Shown here one piece after another: positions 48,677-59,855 of a DNA stretch of 64,000 nucleotides. Both the position numbers and the translations under genes were made by a program. Under the pieces are notes generated by a model. It was not told the DNA's origin. It saw only the letters and a list, made by a program, of their open reading frames with translations, and did no database searches. Every line of letters begins with the position of its first letter. The stretch's first letter is position 1. The DNA comes from Chloroflexota bacterium. Its GTDB lineage: Bacteria > Chloroflexota > UBA11872 > VXNJ01. The DNA lies in the NCBI GenBank assembly GCA_965261345.1, contig OZ253449.1, forward strand, positions 128,001 through 192,000, in the 5' to 3' direction.

Positions 48677-50196
48677 ACCATGTGAGCCACTAGCTCGGCT
48701 TCACTGGGCTTTCTATCCGGCGGAGCGTCGATCCAAGCTTGAGGCTCGCCGCTCCTCAATATGAGAATGCGGTTCGAAAGGCCGATCACCTCGAGAAGGT
48801 CGTCACTGATGAGGAGAATGCCTACGCCAGACAGGGTGAGTTCCCGCATCAGCACATAGATCTCCTCCTTGGCTCCCGCGTCCACCCCGCGCGTCGGATT
48901 GTCGAGGATCAAAAGGCCGACATCGCAGGCCAACCATCTAGCGATGATGACCTTCTGTTGATTCCCACCGCTCAAGGCAAGAATCGGCTCATCGGGCGAG
49001 GGAGTCCGGATCCGGAGCTTCTCGACGAAGCGGCGACCTAACTCCCTCTCTTCTCCAAGTCGAAGAAATCGCTTCTGACGAAGATTGAGCTGCGCTAAAG
49101 ATATGTTCCAGGTCACCGAAAACGTGTCGACGATTCCGTCTACCTTGCGCTCCGGCGAAATATACCCAATTCCGAGCCTCGCTACATCGCGAATCGATCT
49201 CCCCTCGATTCTCAGTTCCCTATACGTAATCTGCCCTGAGACCGTCTTGTGGTCGCCGTAGATCGCCCGACCGAGCTCGCTCTTTCCAGATCCGAGAACA
49301 CCGGCGATACCGACGATTTCACCGTGATTGATGTCAAAGCTCACGTCACGGAAGCTCTCGCCATCACTCAATTCAACTACTGACAGCAGTTGTTCGGGCT
49401 CAGGCGTACGTTGTTGAGCCTCTCGATAGAACCTAACGTCCCTCGTTCTGCCCACCATCAAATAGTGCAGGGCTTCCTCGGAGAACTCGTGTGATCCACC
49501 TTCGCCGGCTATCTTGCCGTCCTTGAGGACAACCACCCGGTCGCTCCAGTGCAGTACCTCGCTCAAGCGATGTGAGACAAAGATGATCGCACTGCGATCC
49601 CGCAGAGAATCAATCAATTCTTTGAGGAATACGACATCGCTCGACGCCAGGGCGGCTGTAGGCTCGTCAAGGAGAATGACTGGATCGTCGCGATCGAGAA
49701 CGCGCGCCAACACGAAAGCACGAAGTATCTCAACAACCTGCCGAACAGCGAATGGATAGTCCCCCGCAAGTCGTTCAACGTCAATCCAACTATGACCCAA
49801 CGCTTCAAAATGCTCACGGGCTAGTTCTGCAGCCTTCTTTCGCTCTATCACGCCCCAGCGGGAAACAATCTGCTCGTGTCCCATGAATACGTTTTCCCAA
49901 ATCGTGAGATTGGGCAGGATCGCTAGCTCCTGAAATACGCGATATACACCATCGATCACAGCATCGAAATAAGACTCATATGACGTCAGCTTGCCACGGA
50001 CCAGGATCTTGCCGCAATCCGGCGCAGTGATTCCGGATATGACATTTAAGAGAGTGGACTTCCCGGCGCCATTCTCCCCGGCGAGCCCTAGTACCTCACC
50101 CCGCGCGAGTTGAAGAGTTACTCCATTCAGTGCGTCGACTGGGCCAAAGGATTTCGAGACATTGCGGATATCCAACGCCGTAGATCCGCCACTCAT
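48673..50196 (-). CDS. Sugar ABC ATP-binding protein (two ABC domains)
   Basis: GENGAGKST, LLDEPT, LSGGNQQK. Confidence 0.95.
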   Translation of the reverse strand: MSGGSTALDIRNVSKSFGPVDALNGVTLQLARGEVLGLAGENGAGKSTLLNVISGITAPDCGKILVRGKLTSYESYFDAVIDGVYRVFQELAILPNLTIWENVFMGHEQIVSRWGVIERKKAAELAREHFEALGHSWIDVERLAGDYPFAVRQVVEILRAFVLARVLDRDDPVILLDEPTAALASSDVVFLKELIDSLRDRSAIIFVSHRLSEVLHWSDRVVVLKDGKIAGEGGSHEFSEEALHYLMVGRTRDVRFYREAQQRTPEPEQLLSVVELSDGESFRDVSFDINHGEIVGIAGVLGSGKSELGRAIYGDHKTVSGQITYRELRIEGRSIRDVARLGIGYISPERKVDGIVDTFSVTWNISLAQLNLRQKRFLRLGEERELGRRFVEKLRIRTPSPDEPILALSGGNQQKVIIARWLACDVGLLILDNPTRGVDAGAKEEIYVLMRELTLSGVGILLISDDLLEVIGLSNRILILRSGEPQAWIDAPPDRKPSEAELVAHMV

Positions 50197-50245
50197 TCAG
50201 ATTACCTCTCAGATCCAATGCAGTTCTCTGGATAGCGAACTGCAT

Positions 50246-51634
50246 CTAGACAATGTCTTGACCATCGCCGTAGTTCACTAAGCCACGGATCTCACTGAAT
50301 GGATCGCTCTGGAAGTGCTCCTCATACTCCCGGGCAACGGCGTCAAACTCTCCTGATTCCTTCGAGTCCACGAAATCCTGAGATACCTCATAGCCATCCG
50401 GGGCTGGGCCTTGAAGGCTGAAGAATTCGGGGTAGTCGATGGGCCTGAGAAGCGTCTGCGGATCCCAATCGTTCGGATGCAAGGCTTTTGACCATCTTTC
50501 GTAATCAAATGGATAGGAACCTGAGTCCGTGAACATGAGTTCTGTATATGCCTCGGCAGCCTCTGGCGTATCAAGTACAAACCCTCCGGCATACATCATG
50601 CGCTCAGGAGCTCGCAACTCTACTCCCGAAAGTGCATCGAACGCCTGCACTATCAACCAGGCGCCTAGCCACGGCCCCCCGCCACTCGTCGTAGTCCAGG
50701 TGGCGAATGCGCGAGCGGGGTCGTTTGCTATGAGGTCGACGAAGTCGGGGATGGCATCAATGGCTGCCACCGGAACTTCCAAGTCGCGCGAACGTAGGGC
50801 CGCAATCGCACCTACCCCCATATCGTCGTTCTGGCAGAAAACTCCGCTCACATCCGGGTTTGCTGTCAACAGGGCCTCAATGACTTCCGTGGTGCCGCCT
50901 CTGCTCCAGTTTCCTGTCTCCTTCGCCACCATCTCGATATTGGAGTAGTTTGCGAGAGCGCGGTCTACCCCCAACGAACGCTCCACCTCGACAGGATCTC
51001 CGGGAACCCCGGTGATCTGAATTAGTTTGCCCGAGCCGCCCATGCGGTCGAATAGGGCATTGCAGGTGGCTTCGGTACCCGCGACGTTGTTGGGAGTCGT
51101 GAAGGAATTAAAGTGGGGCCCGACGTCGAAAGGCGATATCCAAGGAGCCACAGCCCAGGCCATCTGGACGAACATCTCGGCATCTGTTGCGATATCAAGT
51201 AGTGTGCGGGACAGTCCCGTATCAAGGATCCGTGTAGTGATCGCATCAACGCCCGTTCGTGCTGCGTTCTCGAATGCGGTGAGCACGGCCTCGGGGTTGA
51301 AGTTGTCGACTTGCCTTTCACTAGTCATTCCGAGAAGTTGAGCAACCTCGGTCTGCGCTTCATCCCAGCCCTTGAAGTAGGCATTCTCGAGTGTGAAGAA
51401 CTGGTTCATCACCGCCCACGTAGGTGGCGTGGTTGGGGATGAAGCGGGCGACTCGATTGGCGAAGCAGTCGTATCTGCCGTTTCTTCATCGCACGCCGCA
51501 AGGATCAATCCAGATCCTGCGAGCAGGGCAAATCCACCACCGCCTATCAGGCCCCTCCGAAGGAACTTTCGCCGGGTGAGTGCGCTGGTTGCCAATATAC
51601 GATCGCCAGGGGTTGGGTGGTCAGTCTGTGCCAT
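50246..51634 (-). CDS. Sugar ABC substrate-binding protein, Tat lipoprotein
   Basis: TRRKFL twin-arginine motif, LAAC lipobox, NDDMG. Confidence 0.88.
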   Translation of the reverse strand: MAQTDHPTPGDRILATSALTRRKFLRRGLIGGGGFALLAGSGLILAACDEETADTTASPIESPASSPTTPPTWAVMNQFFTLENAYFKGWDEAQTEVAQLLGMTSERQVDNFNPEAVLTAFENAARTGVDAITTRILDTGLSRTLLDIATDAEMFVQMAWAVAPWISPFDVGPHFNSFTTPNNVAGTEATCNALFDRMGGSGKLIQITGVPGDPVEVERSLGVDRALANYSNIEMVAKETGNWSRGGTTEVIEALLTANPDVSGVFCQNDDMGVGAIAALRSRDLEVPVAAIDAIPDFVDLIANDPARAFATWTTTSGGGPWLGAWLIVQAFDALSGVELRAPERMMYAGGFVLDTPEAAEAYTELMFTDSGSYPFDYERWSKALHPNDWDPQTLLRPIDYPEFFSLQGPAPDGYEVSQDFVDSKESGEFDAVAREYEEHFQSDPFSEIRGLVNYGDGQDIV

Positions 51635-51765
51635 CTCAATATGCTCCTCGCATGTAGGTTGCGGCTGTTTGAATCTGTTAAAGAGAACTACGAAATACCT
51701 CGCGCCTCCACTTAAGAGCGGACTTGGTCTCCATTCACTGCATCCTGCTTCCGATGCCTGTTAGT

Positions 51766-52905
51766 TCAATCAAAACTCGGGACCTCGACCTTCACACCAT
51801 TGGCCATCGCTGACTGATGCGCACAGATGCCGACACAGGTCCAGTTCGCGGCCGTTACTTCATCGATCAGAGGCTTACGCTCCTCCACAATGGCCCGTAG
51901 GAACTCGTGCGCCATATGCGGGTGGGAGCCTCCGTGACCGCTTCCCTGCTTGAATGACAAGTGCGCGTGTTCCTCGTCGTAGACGCCGCGGGTGGTGTAC
52001 TGCCGAACGCTAGCTGGCAATCTGTCCGCGTAGTCGGGGATGGTGATGCGCTCAGCATCCTCGCCTCTATGTAGAACCGGCGAATCGCCTGCGACCCTCT
52101 CCCACTCGAACGACAGCGTGTCGCCGTAGACATCAAAGCTCTCCACATACTCTCGAGCTGTCTCGAAGAGGGACCGAGTCACTTCTGCCGCAAGGTTCGA
52201 ATCCCGAAGCCCGATCAGTGTGCTCTCAACGGCGAATGGTGACCCGTAGTTGCTTGCCAGATCTTCTGCTATATGGCCAGATCCTAGGCATACCACAAAC
52301 GCTGCTAGTCGATCTGCCAAGGCGAGAAGCGGACTCACAGCATGCGTTGCGTAGTGCATCGGCGGTAGCCCTTCCCAGTATCCAGGCCAGCCTGCCATCT
52401 CTTGCTGATGGGATCCCCTAAGGAATTGGATCCTCCCCATTTGTCCAGACGAAACCAAGTCTTGTACATACAAGAACTCTCTGGAGAAGACGACCGTCTC
52501 CATCATCATGTACTTGCGCTTGGCCCGTCGCGCAGCCAGGACGATGTCCCGGCAATCGTCAATTGACGTTGCCATTGGCACGGTGCAAGCCACGTGCTTG
52601 CCCGCCTCAAGACCTCGAATGGAGTGCGGGGCATGATCGGGGATAGGCGTGTTGATGTGCACGGCGTCAATTTCCGGGTCAGCGAGCATCTCGTCGTAGT
52701 CGCTGTAACGCCTGTCCACGCCCAACGCATCACCAATGCGATTCAACGAGTCCGTGTCGCGCTGGCAGATAGCCACCAACTTGGAATCTGGGTGGTCCTG
52801 ATAGATCGGAATGAATTCGGCGCCGAATCCGAGACCGACCAGACCAATTCGTACGTAGCGAGATTCGGAATCCGCCACTTCCACCCATCTATCCACATCA
52901 CGCAC
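51766..52905 (-). CDS. Gfo/Idh/MocA oxidoreductase
   Basis: VGLGFG, HINTPIPDH, GKHVACTVPM, GHGGSHPH. Confidence 0.92.
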   Translation of the reverse strand: MRDVDRWVEVADSESRYVRIGLVGLGFGAEFIPIYQDHPDSKLVAICQRDTDSLNRIGDALGVDRRYSDYDEMLADPEIDAVHINTPIPDHAPHSIRGLEAGKHVACTVPMATSIDDCRDIVLAARRAKRKYMMMETVVFSREFLYVQDLVSSGQMGRIQFLRGSHQQEMAGWPGYWEGLPPMHYATHAVSPLLALADRLAAFVVCLGSGHIAEDLASNYGSPFAVESTLIGLRDSNLAAEVTRSLFETAREYVESFDVYGDTLSFEWERVAGDSPVLHRGEDAERITIPDYADRLPASVRQYTTRGVYDEEHAHLSFKQGSGHGGSHPHMAHEFLRAIVEERKPLIDEVTAANWTCVGICAHQSAMANGVKVEVPSFD

Positions 52906-53199
52906 CGGACACTGTGATCATTCCCAAAGAACGCTCACCCCGCAGTATAGGGCAATTAGTTGGGACCGTTGAAATGGCTGATTGTTCGGGGGCAATTGCC
53001 GCCTACAGCGATTCTTGAAACCCTCGCGTTGCCCGCTGGTCAGATGTCCAGAATGGCCGAATTGCTCGTTAACGTCGGCAACTGACGGTGCATCCGCCGG
53101 GCGGAATGCCCTTTTTGCGCATATGGCCGGAATTGAGCCAAGTTTGGTGCCAATCACCGTCATTTAGGCCGCCGCCTTAACCATTGTTTGCGGCTGTCT

Positions 53200-53526
53200 G
53201 GATTGGAGCCGACGCGGTGCAAGGCTTTATTGATGTGGTGCGCCAGGGACGCGATGAATCTCTCACAGAAGACCTTGTCAAGGCCCCCGCAACCGGCCCC
53301 GGGCCCAGCCCAGGCGGTCAAGTGATGCAAATGCGCCCTCGACCAGGTGCGAATGTGATCAACGAACGGCATTTATGTGCGTCCTGTACTGCGGTTGCGC
53401 TTTTGGGCCCTTAGACAGGCATCGTAGTAGCCGCTCAACCCCACCGATCGACGCATTTGATTCGATTGGAGGCCCTGGTTGGACAGGCTTGGCAGTCTCT
53501 TTCCAAGGCTACATTTTGATAGGTCG
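53200..53526 (-). pseudogene. IS1182-like transposase remnant
   Basis: DCQACP and VEGAFASL..LG...RGLDKV fragments; boundaries approximate. Confidence 0.5.
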
Positions 53527-54889
53527 TGTCGTCCTTTGGGGAGCGGCCGATCGGATCTGCGGCAAACGATTGCAAGCGATATTGCCCAGCCTGATCGAAT
53601 CACTGGAAGGGCATGGCCACCTGCAGCTTGATCTGGATGTACGCAGCAAGCTGCTCTCAATCAGCCCGGCGTCGATCGATCGGATGCTCAAACCGGTGCG
53701 CAAGACCGCCGGCAGCAGTCGACGGCGTAATCCCCGCCGCCGCAATCGTCATCACGCCAAAGTCCCGATCAGGACCTTTGCCGATTGGCATGGCCCCCAG
53801 CCCGACTACCTGGAAATAGACCGGGCGGCCCATTGTGGCGGCAACATGGCCGGGGCCTTCATCCAATCCCTGTCGGTTACCGATGTTTCCTCGGGCTGGG
53901 TGGAGGCGGTTCCACTGCTGGCCCGCGAGCAGACGCTGGTGACCGAGGCGTTGGAGGTTATAGCCGGGCGGGCACCGATTCCAGTGCTCGGCATTGACTC
54001 GGATAACGACAGCGCCTTTATCTCCCAGACCCTGATTGACTACTGCCAGCAGCGTGATATCGAGTTCACTCGCTCACGTGCCTATCGCTCCAACGATCAG
54101 GCCTTCATCGAGCAGAAGAACGGCGCCGTAATCTGAGCGCTTTGCCGGCTATGAACGCTTTGCCGGATTCATCGCCGGACAGACCCTGGCCCGACTCTTT
54201 GCCCTGGTCGGTCTCTACACCAATTTCTTCCAACCGTCTTTCAAACTGATCTCCAAGCAGCGCTATGGAGCCAGGACCCAAAAACGCTACGGCCGTCCCT
54301 TAACTCCCTGCCAGCGACTGCTTGATCATCCCGCTGTTGCCGAAAAGGTCAAGGCGGGGTTGCGCGACAAGCGCTCCAAACTGGATCCGCTCTTGCTCCT
54401 TAGCCAGATCCGTGCGGCTCAATCGGCTCTGGCCGCGCCGGCAGCTCCTGAAGATCGCAACAAGGTGCAACGGGAAGACCTGTCGCAATTCCTGGCCAGG
54501 CTCTCTCAATCTATGGCGCGCGGGAGAGGCCAATCCCGCGCGGCGGCCAAAACGAAAGCGCCGCATCTGGTGGCGGACGCGTAGAGATCCCCTAGAGCAC
54601 ATATGGCCCAAGGTGCTTAGCTACCTGCAGGATCATCCCGACGCCAGCGGCACCGGGATCCTGGAAGTATTGATGCGCAACCATCCCGACGCTGTCGGTC
54701 CCAAGCAGCTGCGGACGTTGCAGCGCAGGCTCAAGCAATGGCGGTCGGTGATGGCCCGAGAACTTGTATACGGGGTGGTTAATGGCGCTGCCGATACGGT
54801 CGACAAAGTCGAAATCGTACATGTAATCGCACCGATTGGGGCCAAATAAACGGTCCCAAATTTCGGTTACATTTTTTGATGAGGCAACG
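53527..54889 (+). mobile_element. ISNCY-type element, 3' part (degenerate)
   Basis: Homologous to 32985-34345. Confidence 0.85.
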
Positions 54890-54918
54890 GGGTCGGCCAG
54901 AGTAATAGACGTTCTTCA

Positions 54919-55476
54919 GATGGTGGACCGATTGCGTTTGGCTCTTAGCCTCTCGCGATCTGAAGAAACGCCTAAGCGATGAGTAGGAGACGCTTAATCC
55001 GCGCTGGCCGAGCAGCTCGTGGATGCGGGTCAGCTGCAGCTTCTCGTTGTTGAGCCACTGCCGTATCTGCTCGGTGTGGGGCCTGAGGATATCGGCAGCC
55101 GGGGTCTCAACCTGAGCCGGAGTGCTCAGGTTGAGCGCGGCCAATTTCGCCAGCTGCTCGTCGTTTGGCTCGGGACCGTCGGGTTCTAGGCCCAGCTCCA
55201 GGGCGAGATTGACGTAGCGCCGCATGGTATCGCGGGCGCGGCCTGAGAATTGGGAGATCCGGCGCTGGCTCAATCCCTTTTACCAGAGCCGGACCACTTC
55301 ACGTGTGTCCACTCGGAACACCTCCTGGTAGGCCATGACCGTTGCCGTGCTTTAAAAAACGGGTCGCCGTAATGGTGCTGTTAGGTGCGCTTCCCGGATG
55401 GCCTAGTGCCTTATGCCTATGAACATGGGTGGACGAAAGGTGTTGGCGAAGTGGACGATAGGTGTGGAGATTGACA
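54919..55476 (-). mobile_element. IS21-like left end and istA N-terminal remnant (ATG 55336)
   Basis: SQRRISQFSGRARDTMRRYV; cut by a 29-bp TIR at 54890-54918. Confidence 0.75.
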
Positions 55477-56277
55477 CAAGCGCAGGGTCAACATTGCGAA
55501 AAAGGCTCAGTAAGTTGTCGCAATACCGCCCGATACCTCAATTGCTGCAATACCGACGTCGCTGCGCAGGTTGTAGATCAAGGCGTATATGGCGGATGTT
55601 TCGGGCAATGACCAAGCGCGTTAAGAGCCCCTAATTGCCGTTGCCGGGACAATTGCCAATGACTTGGACATAGCTTTTGCAATGCGGCTCACCGCCAAAT
55701 ATTCGCCAATCTCTTTCGCTCACCTGATTCAATTGTGATAGGGATTACACGAAGTAATCACGGTTTTCGATCTGTGTCGTTGTCGAACGGATCCAATGTA
55801 GATGGGATCGGACGAACATGCCTTCGCCCCCAAAAAAGGAGCGGCCCAATATCAATTCTCGCTTTTCCGACCGGCATTGCGGCAGATCTTGGAAGGTAAC
55901 GGCCTGGAGGACAAGATCCCGCTCAGGGCCATGTCCGACACCAGGGGTCAGGTAACGTGCTTAGTCGGAATTCTCCGCGAGTGGCGCCGGAATAAGCCCG
56001 TATTCGGCTACCCCTTCCGCGCGGGTCCGCTCCATCTGGCGGCTGTAATCGATGTAGGGGCAAAACTTCAGGCAGTGTGGGGATAGAATCCGCGTCGCCC
56101 GCAGCTCCGGATCTTCCTCGGTCCCGGTCACCTCATATACGGGCAAGCTAAAGCGCGCCAGCTTAGCCTCGGTGCCGAATGCGATTAATGGGTGGCCTGA
56201 ATTGTCTATTCGGAAAAATACTGCCATTCTGATCAAATCCAATTGACCGGAAGTGAAGAATTGCTCTATATCGCCGG

Positions 56278-56703
56278 TTACGCCGAGGATTCAAGCACCG
56301 AACGCACCTGAATATCCAACTTCTCGAACGATGCCAGGCCGTAGTTCACGTGCTGGATTGTGCCGCTAGTGACGATGACGGTGCTTGGCACCGTCAAGAT
56401 TCGCATTTGCCTAGCAAGGTCCGCGTGCGCGAAAGTATCAATGTCGAGTACGCAGACCTTTCCCGCATACTGTGCGCTTATTGATTCAACAACCGGTTTC
56501 TGGGAGCGACGGCAAGTTTCACAAAATGCGTTGCCGAAGCTCAGGAGCGCGACAGGCGCCGAAGATGCGGGGATTGGGAGCGCGTCTCCTATGAATTCCA
56601 ATCTAGCCTTGGAGGCGCATCGCCGCGCCCATAACCGCACCATCAGAATGACTACGGCTACCATCGCAATTGCAACGAATAGGATTAGTGCTCGTTCAAT
56701 CAA
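56278..56703 (-). CDS. Membrane-anchored thioredoxin-family protein
   Basis: N-terminal transmembrane segment, FCETC, TVPST. Confidence 0.82.
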   Translation of the reverse strand: MIERALILFVAIAMVAVVILMVRLWARRCASKARLEFIGDALPIPASSAPVALLSFGNAFCETCRRSQKPVVESISAQYAGKVCVLDIDTFAHADLARQMRILTVPSTVIVTSGTIQHVNYGLASFEKLDIQVRSVLESSA

Positions 56704-56712
56704 TTCGCTGCA

Positions 56713-57207
56713 TTACCCTGCTGGTTTTTGTCTGGTCAGGCGGCCAGCTAGGTGTCCAAATCGGTGGAAAACGAAACACAAAGCGCAGAAGTCGAAAGCC
56801 GCGTCAAGCAGGATCATGAGTCCTACCGCCCCTGACAACGTCCAGGGTAGCCAACCCAATTGCGGAACCGACACCACTAGTACGGCGGAGGCGGCGAATA
56901 CGATACCACCCAACACGCGCGCAATGCGGCGAGTTGCGCGATCTTCGACGGCCAGCCGCTTTGGCAACAGGCCGCTTGGTTGCAGCAGCGAAACAGTCAA
57001 AACTCGAAATGGGTCAAATGGGCGCCAATATCGACCAAGCGCCATGCACGCAGCCGCAACAATCAGCGATATCGCCCCAACTCCATTACCGGCCACAAAC
57101 CCGACCGCTATCACAGCGAGTACCGCGTACTGATGCACCTTTCGCGGCACAACGTCGACCCGTTCGAATTGGCTGCTGTCGCGGTCTTCGCTTGGCAATT
57201 CAGCCAC
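56713..57207 (-). CDS. DUF4395-like membrane protein
   Basis: ED....RIARVLG, LDAAFDFCALC; paired with the thioredoxin. Confidence 0.75.
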   Translation of the reverse strand: MAELPSEDRDSSQFERVDVVPRKVHQYAVLAVIAVGFVAGNGVGAISLIVAAACMALGRYWRPFDPFRVLTVSLLQPSGLLPKRLAVEDRATRRIARVLGGIVFAASAVLVVSVPQLGWLPWTLSGAVGLMILLDAAFDFCALCFVFHRFGHLAGRLTRQKPAG

Positions 57208-57567
57208 GACTAGAAACTCCCGAAATCGCCTAAATCAGTCAACACCGCGGCATTGTCTGTGAGATTATCTGCATTTCCTGACTATTTAACGTAGATTCCT
57301 TAGTTATTCGTACAGATCACTATTTCCACAGTCGCGGGTGGGCAAGCTGGGCTGTATTTTGGGGCCTTGGAGCCAAATTCCCCGGTCATCGATTCGGTCG
57401 TCGACGTCAAAATGGACCAATCGCGGTACATGGCGCGGTCCGTGCCCTATTGGAATTCAACGTTGATACCGACGTGACTGGTATCGGCAGACGGGGTTTT
57501 TGAATGCAACCCAAGCGCCAGCGACTGTGAGGATTCGGTCGGTGGCGCCTTGCCATCGTGATCGGGA

Positions 57568-57889
57568 AAGGACTCCCTGACGGCCTCGTCGTAGATGCGG
57601 TTTGAGGACTTGGTGGGCGGTGCCGGAGCAGGGCTTGCAGCATTGCCCAGTATTCGGGTTGCATAGTTACGGTTGTAGCCAGATAGAGCTACGAACTCGT
57701 TCAGAATCGCGCCCTTCTCGCTTCTTGGACGCCCGCGCGTAGCGGCCCCTTAAGGCCGCTAGCAGCTCCTTCCGCACCGCCCGGCTCAAACTCTTACCTG
57801 CCATCGGTTGCCTCCGTAGAGATTTGGGTTACAAATCTTGTATGTTGGCAACGGTCCTGTTTGGGTTACAAAAACAGTGAGTCGATGCG
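57568..57889 (-). mobile_element. ISNCY-type element, 5' part
   Basis: Homologous to 34346-34664. Confidence 0.85.
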
Positions 57890-57931
57890 CCGAGCGACGA
57901 TGAATGTCGTCTACCTTTACGTCGACTTAGG

Positions 57932-58139
57932 GGTCACGTCCCCTGGAGTGGTGTAAGAGCACCCGCTTGATCAACTAAGCCAACGCGATGACAAAGGGCC
58001 CTCGTGTAAACCTCTACGGAGTCACTTCACTTACTTCGTCGAGGAACCATCGATGGCCCAACTTGATTATCAGACCTTGCTTGCCCTTATCGCCAAGCAA
58101 GGGTTTGACAGCAGCGAATTCGTCCGCAGCGCCGTACGG
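57932..58139 (+). mobile_element. IS256 left-end fragment truncated by IS21
   Basis: Near-identical to the reverse complement of 37361-37568. Confidence 0.9.
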
Positions 58140-58364
58140 TGTGGGCGGACACGAAAGATCGCCCATTGGCGGCCACGGAATTGCCCGCCCTAACGATCCT
58201 GCGGCCACGTAAAACTGCCCAAAAGCGACCACGAAGGAACCGTTAATCGACCTGATTTCTCGCTGATCTAGTAACCCGCCGGAAACCCTGACGGGCCCCC
58301 GGCGGAGGCTGCCCCGGTTTGACTTAGCTGGTTTCTCAACTCCAGCGGCAACCGGAATCGCCAT

Positions 58365-59855
58365 ATGAAATCTTCGGAGGAAGTAATGCGGATTCTCAAG
58401 GTCTACGATCGCACCCTTTCACTTAGGGCCACGGCCCAAGAATGCGGCTGCTCGCACCACACCGTGGCCAGCTACGTGCAAAAGCGCGCGCTGGGCCAAT
58501 TGGGAGAACCGGTGCGCCGGCCCCGGTTATCGCTCATCGACCCCCACCGCCCCCTTATCGACGACCTGGTGCAACAATCGCGCGGCCGGATAAGGGCCGA
58601 CAAGTGCCACCAACGACTCATGAAGCTGGGTTACACGGGCTCTGAACGCACCACCCGCCGGGCGGTGGCAAAAGCCAAGCAGGCCTACAAAAAGCAAAAC
58701 CGCCGGGTATTTCGGCCCTGGATAACCGAACCGGGCAAGTGGGCGCAGTGGGACTGGGCCAAGGGGCCGCCGGTAAACAGGGAGGCGAGCAACCTCTTCT
58801 GCGTCTGGCTGTCCTGGTCAAGGTACCGGGTGGTACTGCCGACCCGGGACCGCCGACTGGAGACCCTGATCGGCTGCCTCGCCGAGGCCCAGTCCTGGTT
58901 CGGCGGCGTGCCCTCCAACTGGCTCACCGACAACGAGAAGACCGTCTCCAAAGAATTCGTGGCCAGCATCGCCGTCAGACACCCGCTGATGGTCAAGTTC
59001 GGGCGCTTCCACGGCTGCGCGATCGCCACCTGCCAGATAGCGGATCCGGCCACGAAGGGCGGTTCCGAGGCGACCGTGAAAATCGCCAAGGCCGATCTTG
59101 TCCCCACCGATCACAACCTGTTGCCGGAGTACTCGTCCTGGAACGAGCTGGCCGACGCCTGCGATGAATTCATGCGGCGCGTTAACACCCGTGAGCACTC
59201 GATCACCAAACGCCCCCCGATGGAAATGCTCGCAATCGAACGTGATTCCCTGCACCCTCTGCCCAACCGCGTCTTCAGCGTCGCCCTGGGCAAGACCCGC
59301 ACCGTCTCCGACACCTCCCTGGTGGCCTGGCGATCGGCCTGGTACTCGGTGCCGCACATCTATAGCGAGGAGATCGTCTGGGTGCGCGAACGCGGCGCTA
59401 TGGTGATCGTGAGCGCCGAGACCGATCACGGCGTCATCGAGGTGGCCCGACACCGGAAGGTCGGCCGCGGGCAGCGGGTAGTTGTCGATAGCCATTATCC
59501 GAAGACTCCGTCGGGACCGCTGGCACGCCGGCCAAGGCCGCGCAACCAGGTAGAGAAGGAGTTCCTGGCCATCGGCCCCGGCGCGGCGGTATGGCTCAGG
59601 GCCGCCTGCGCGGCCGGTGCCGCCCGGCTGAAGGAGAAGCTCGAGGAGATAGTCGAACTCTCGCGCCTTGACGGCTGTGAGGCAATCGATGCCGCCCTGG
59701 GGGTGGCGTCGGAGGTGGGGCGCTTCGGCTTCGGCGACATCGCCTCCATCGCCGCCGCCTCGAGCGGACCGCTGTACCAGGCGTCCGAGGACTCGTTCCT
59801 GCAGGACGGCACCGGCCGCTGGCAGGACTTCGGCGCAACCGGAGGCGACCGATGA
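58365..59855 (+). CDS. istA: IS21 transposase IstA
   Basis: PGKWAQWDW, LTDNEK, KGGSEATVK. Confidence 0.93.
   Translation: MKSSEEVMRILKVYDRTLSLRATAQECGCSHHTVASYVQKRALGQLGEPVRRPRLSLIDPHRPLIDDLVQQSRGRIRADKCHQRLMKLGYTGSERTTRRAVAKAKQAYKKQNRRVFRPWITEPGKWAQWDWAKGPPVNREASNLFCVWLSWSRYRVVLPTRDRRLETLIGCLAEAQSWFGGVPSNWLTDNEKTVSKEFVASIAVRHPLMVKFGRFHGCAIATCQIADPATKGGSEATVKIAKADLVPTDHNLLPEYSSWNELADACDEFMRRVNTREHSITKRPPMEMLAIERDSLHPLPNRVFSVALGKTRTVSDTSLVAWRSAWYSVPHIYSEEIVWVRERGAMVIVSAETDHGVIEVARHRKVGRGQRVVVDSHYPKTPSGPLARRPRPRNQVEKEFLAIGPGAAVWLRAACAAGAARLKEKLEEIVELSRLDGCEAIDAALGVASEVGRFGFGDIASIAAASSGPLYQASEDSFLQDGTGRWQDFGATGGDR

Noticed and set aside
55480-56250. Possible gene(s) next to the thioredoxin
   Set aside because: Only short ORFs with no recognisable family
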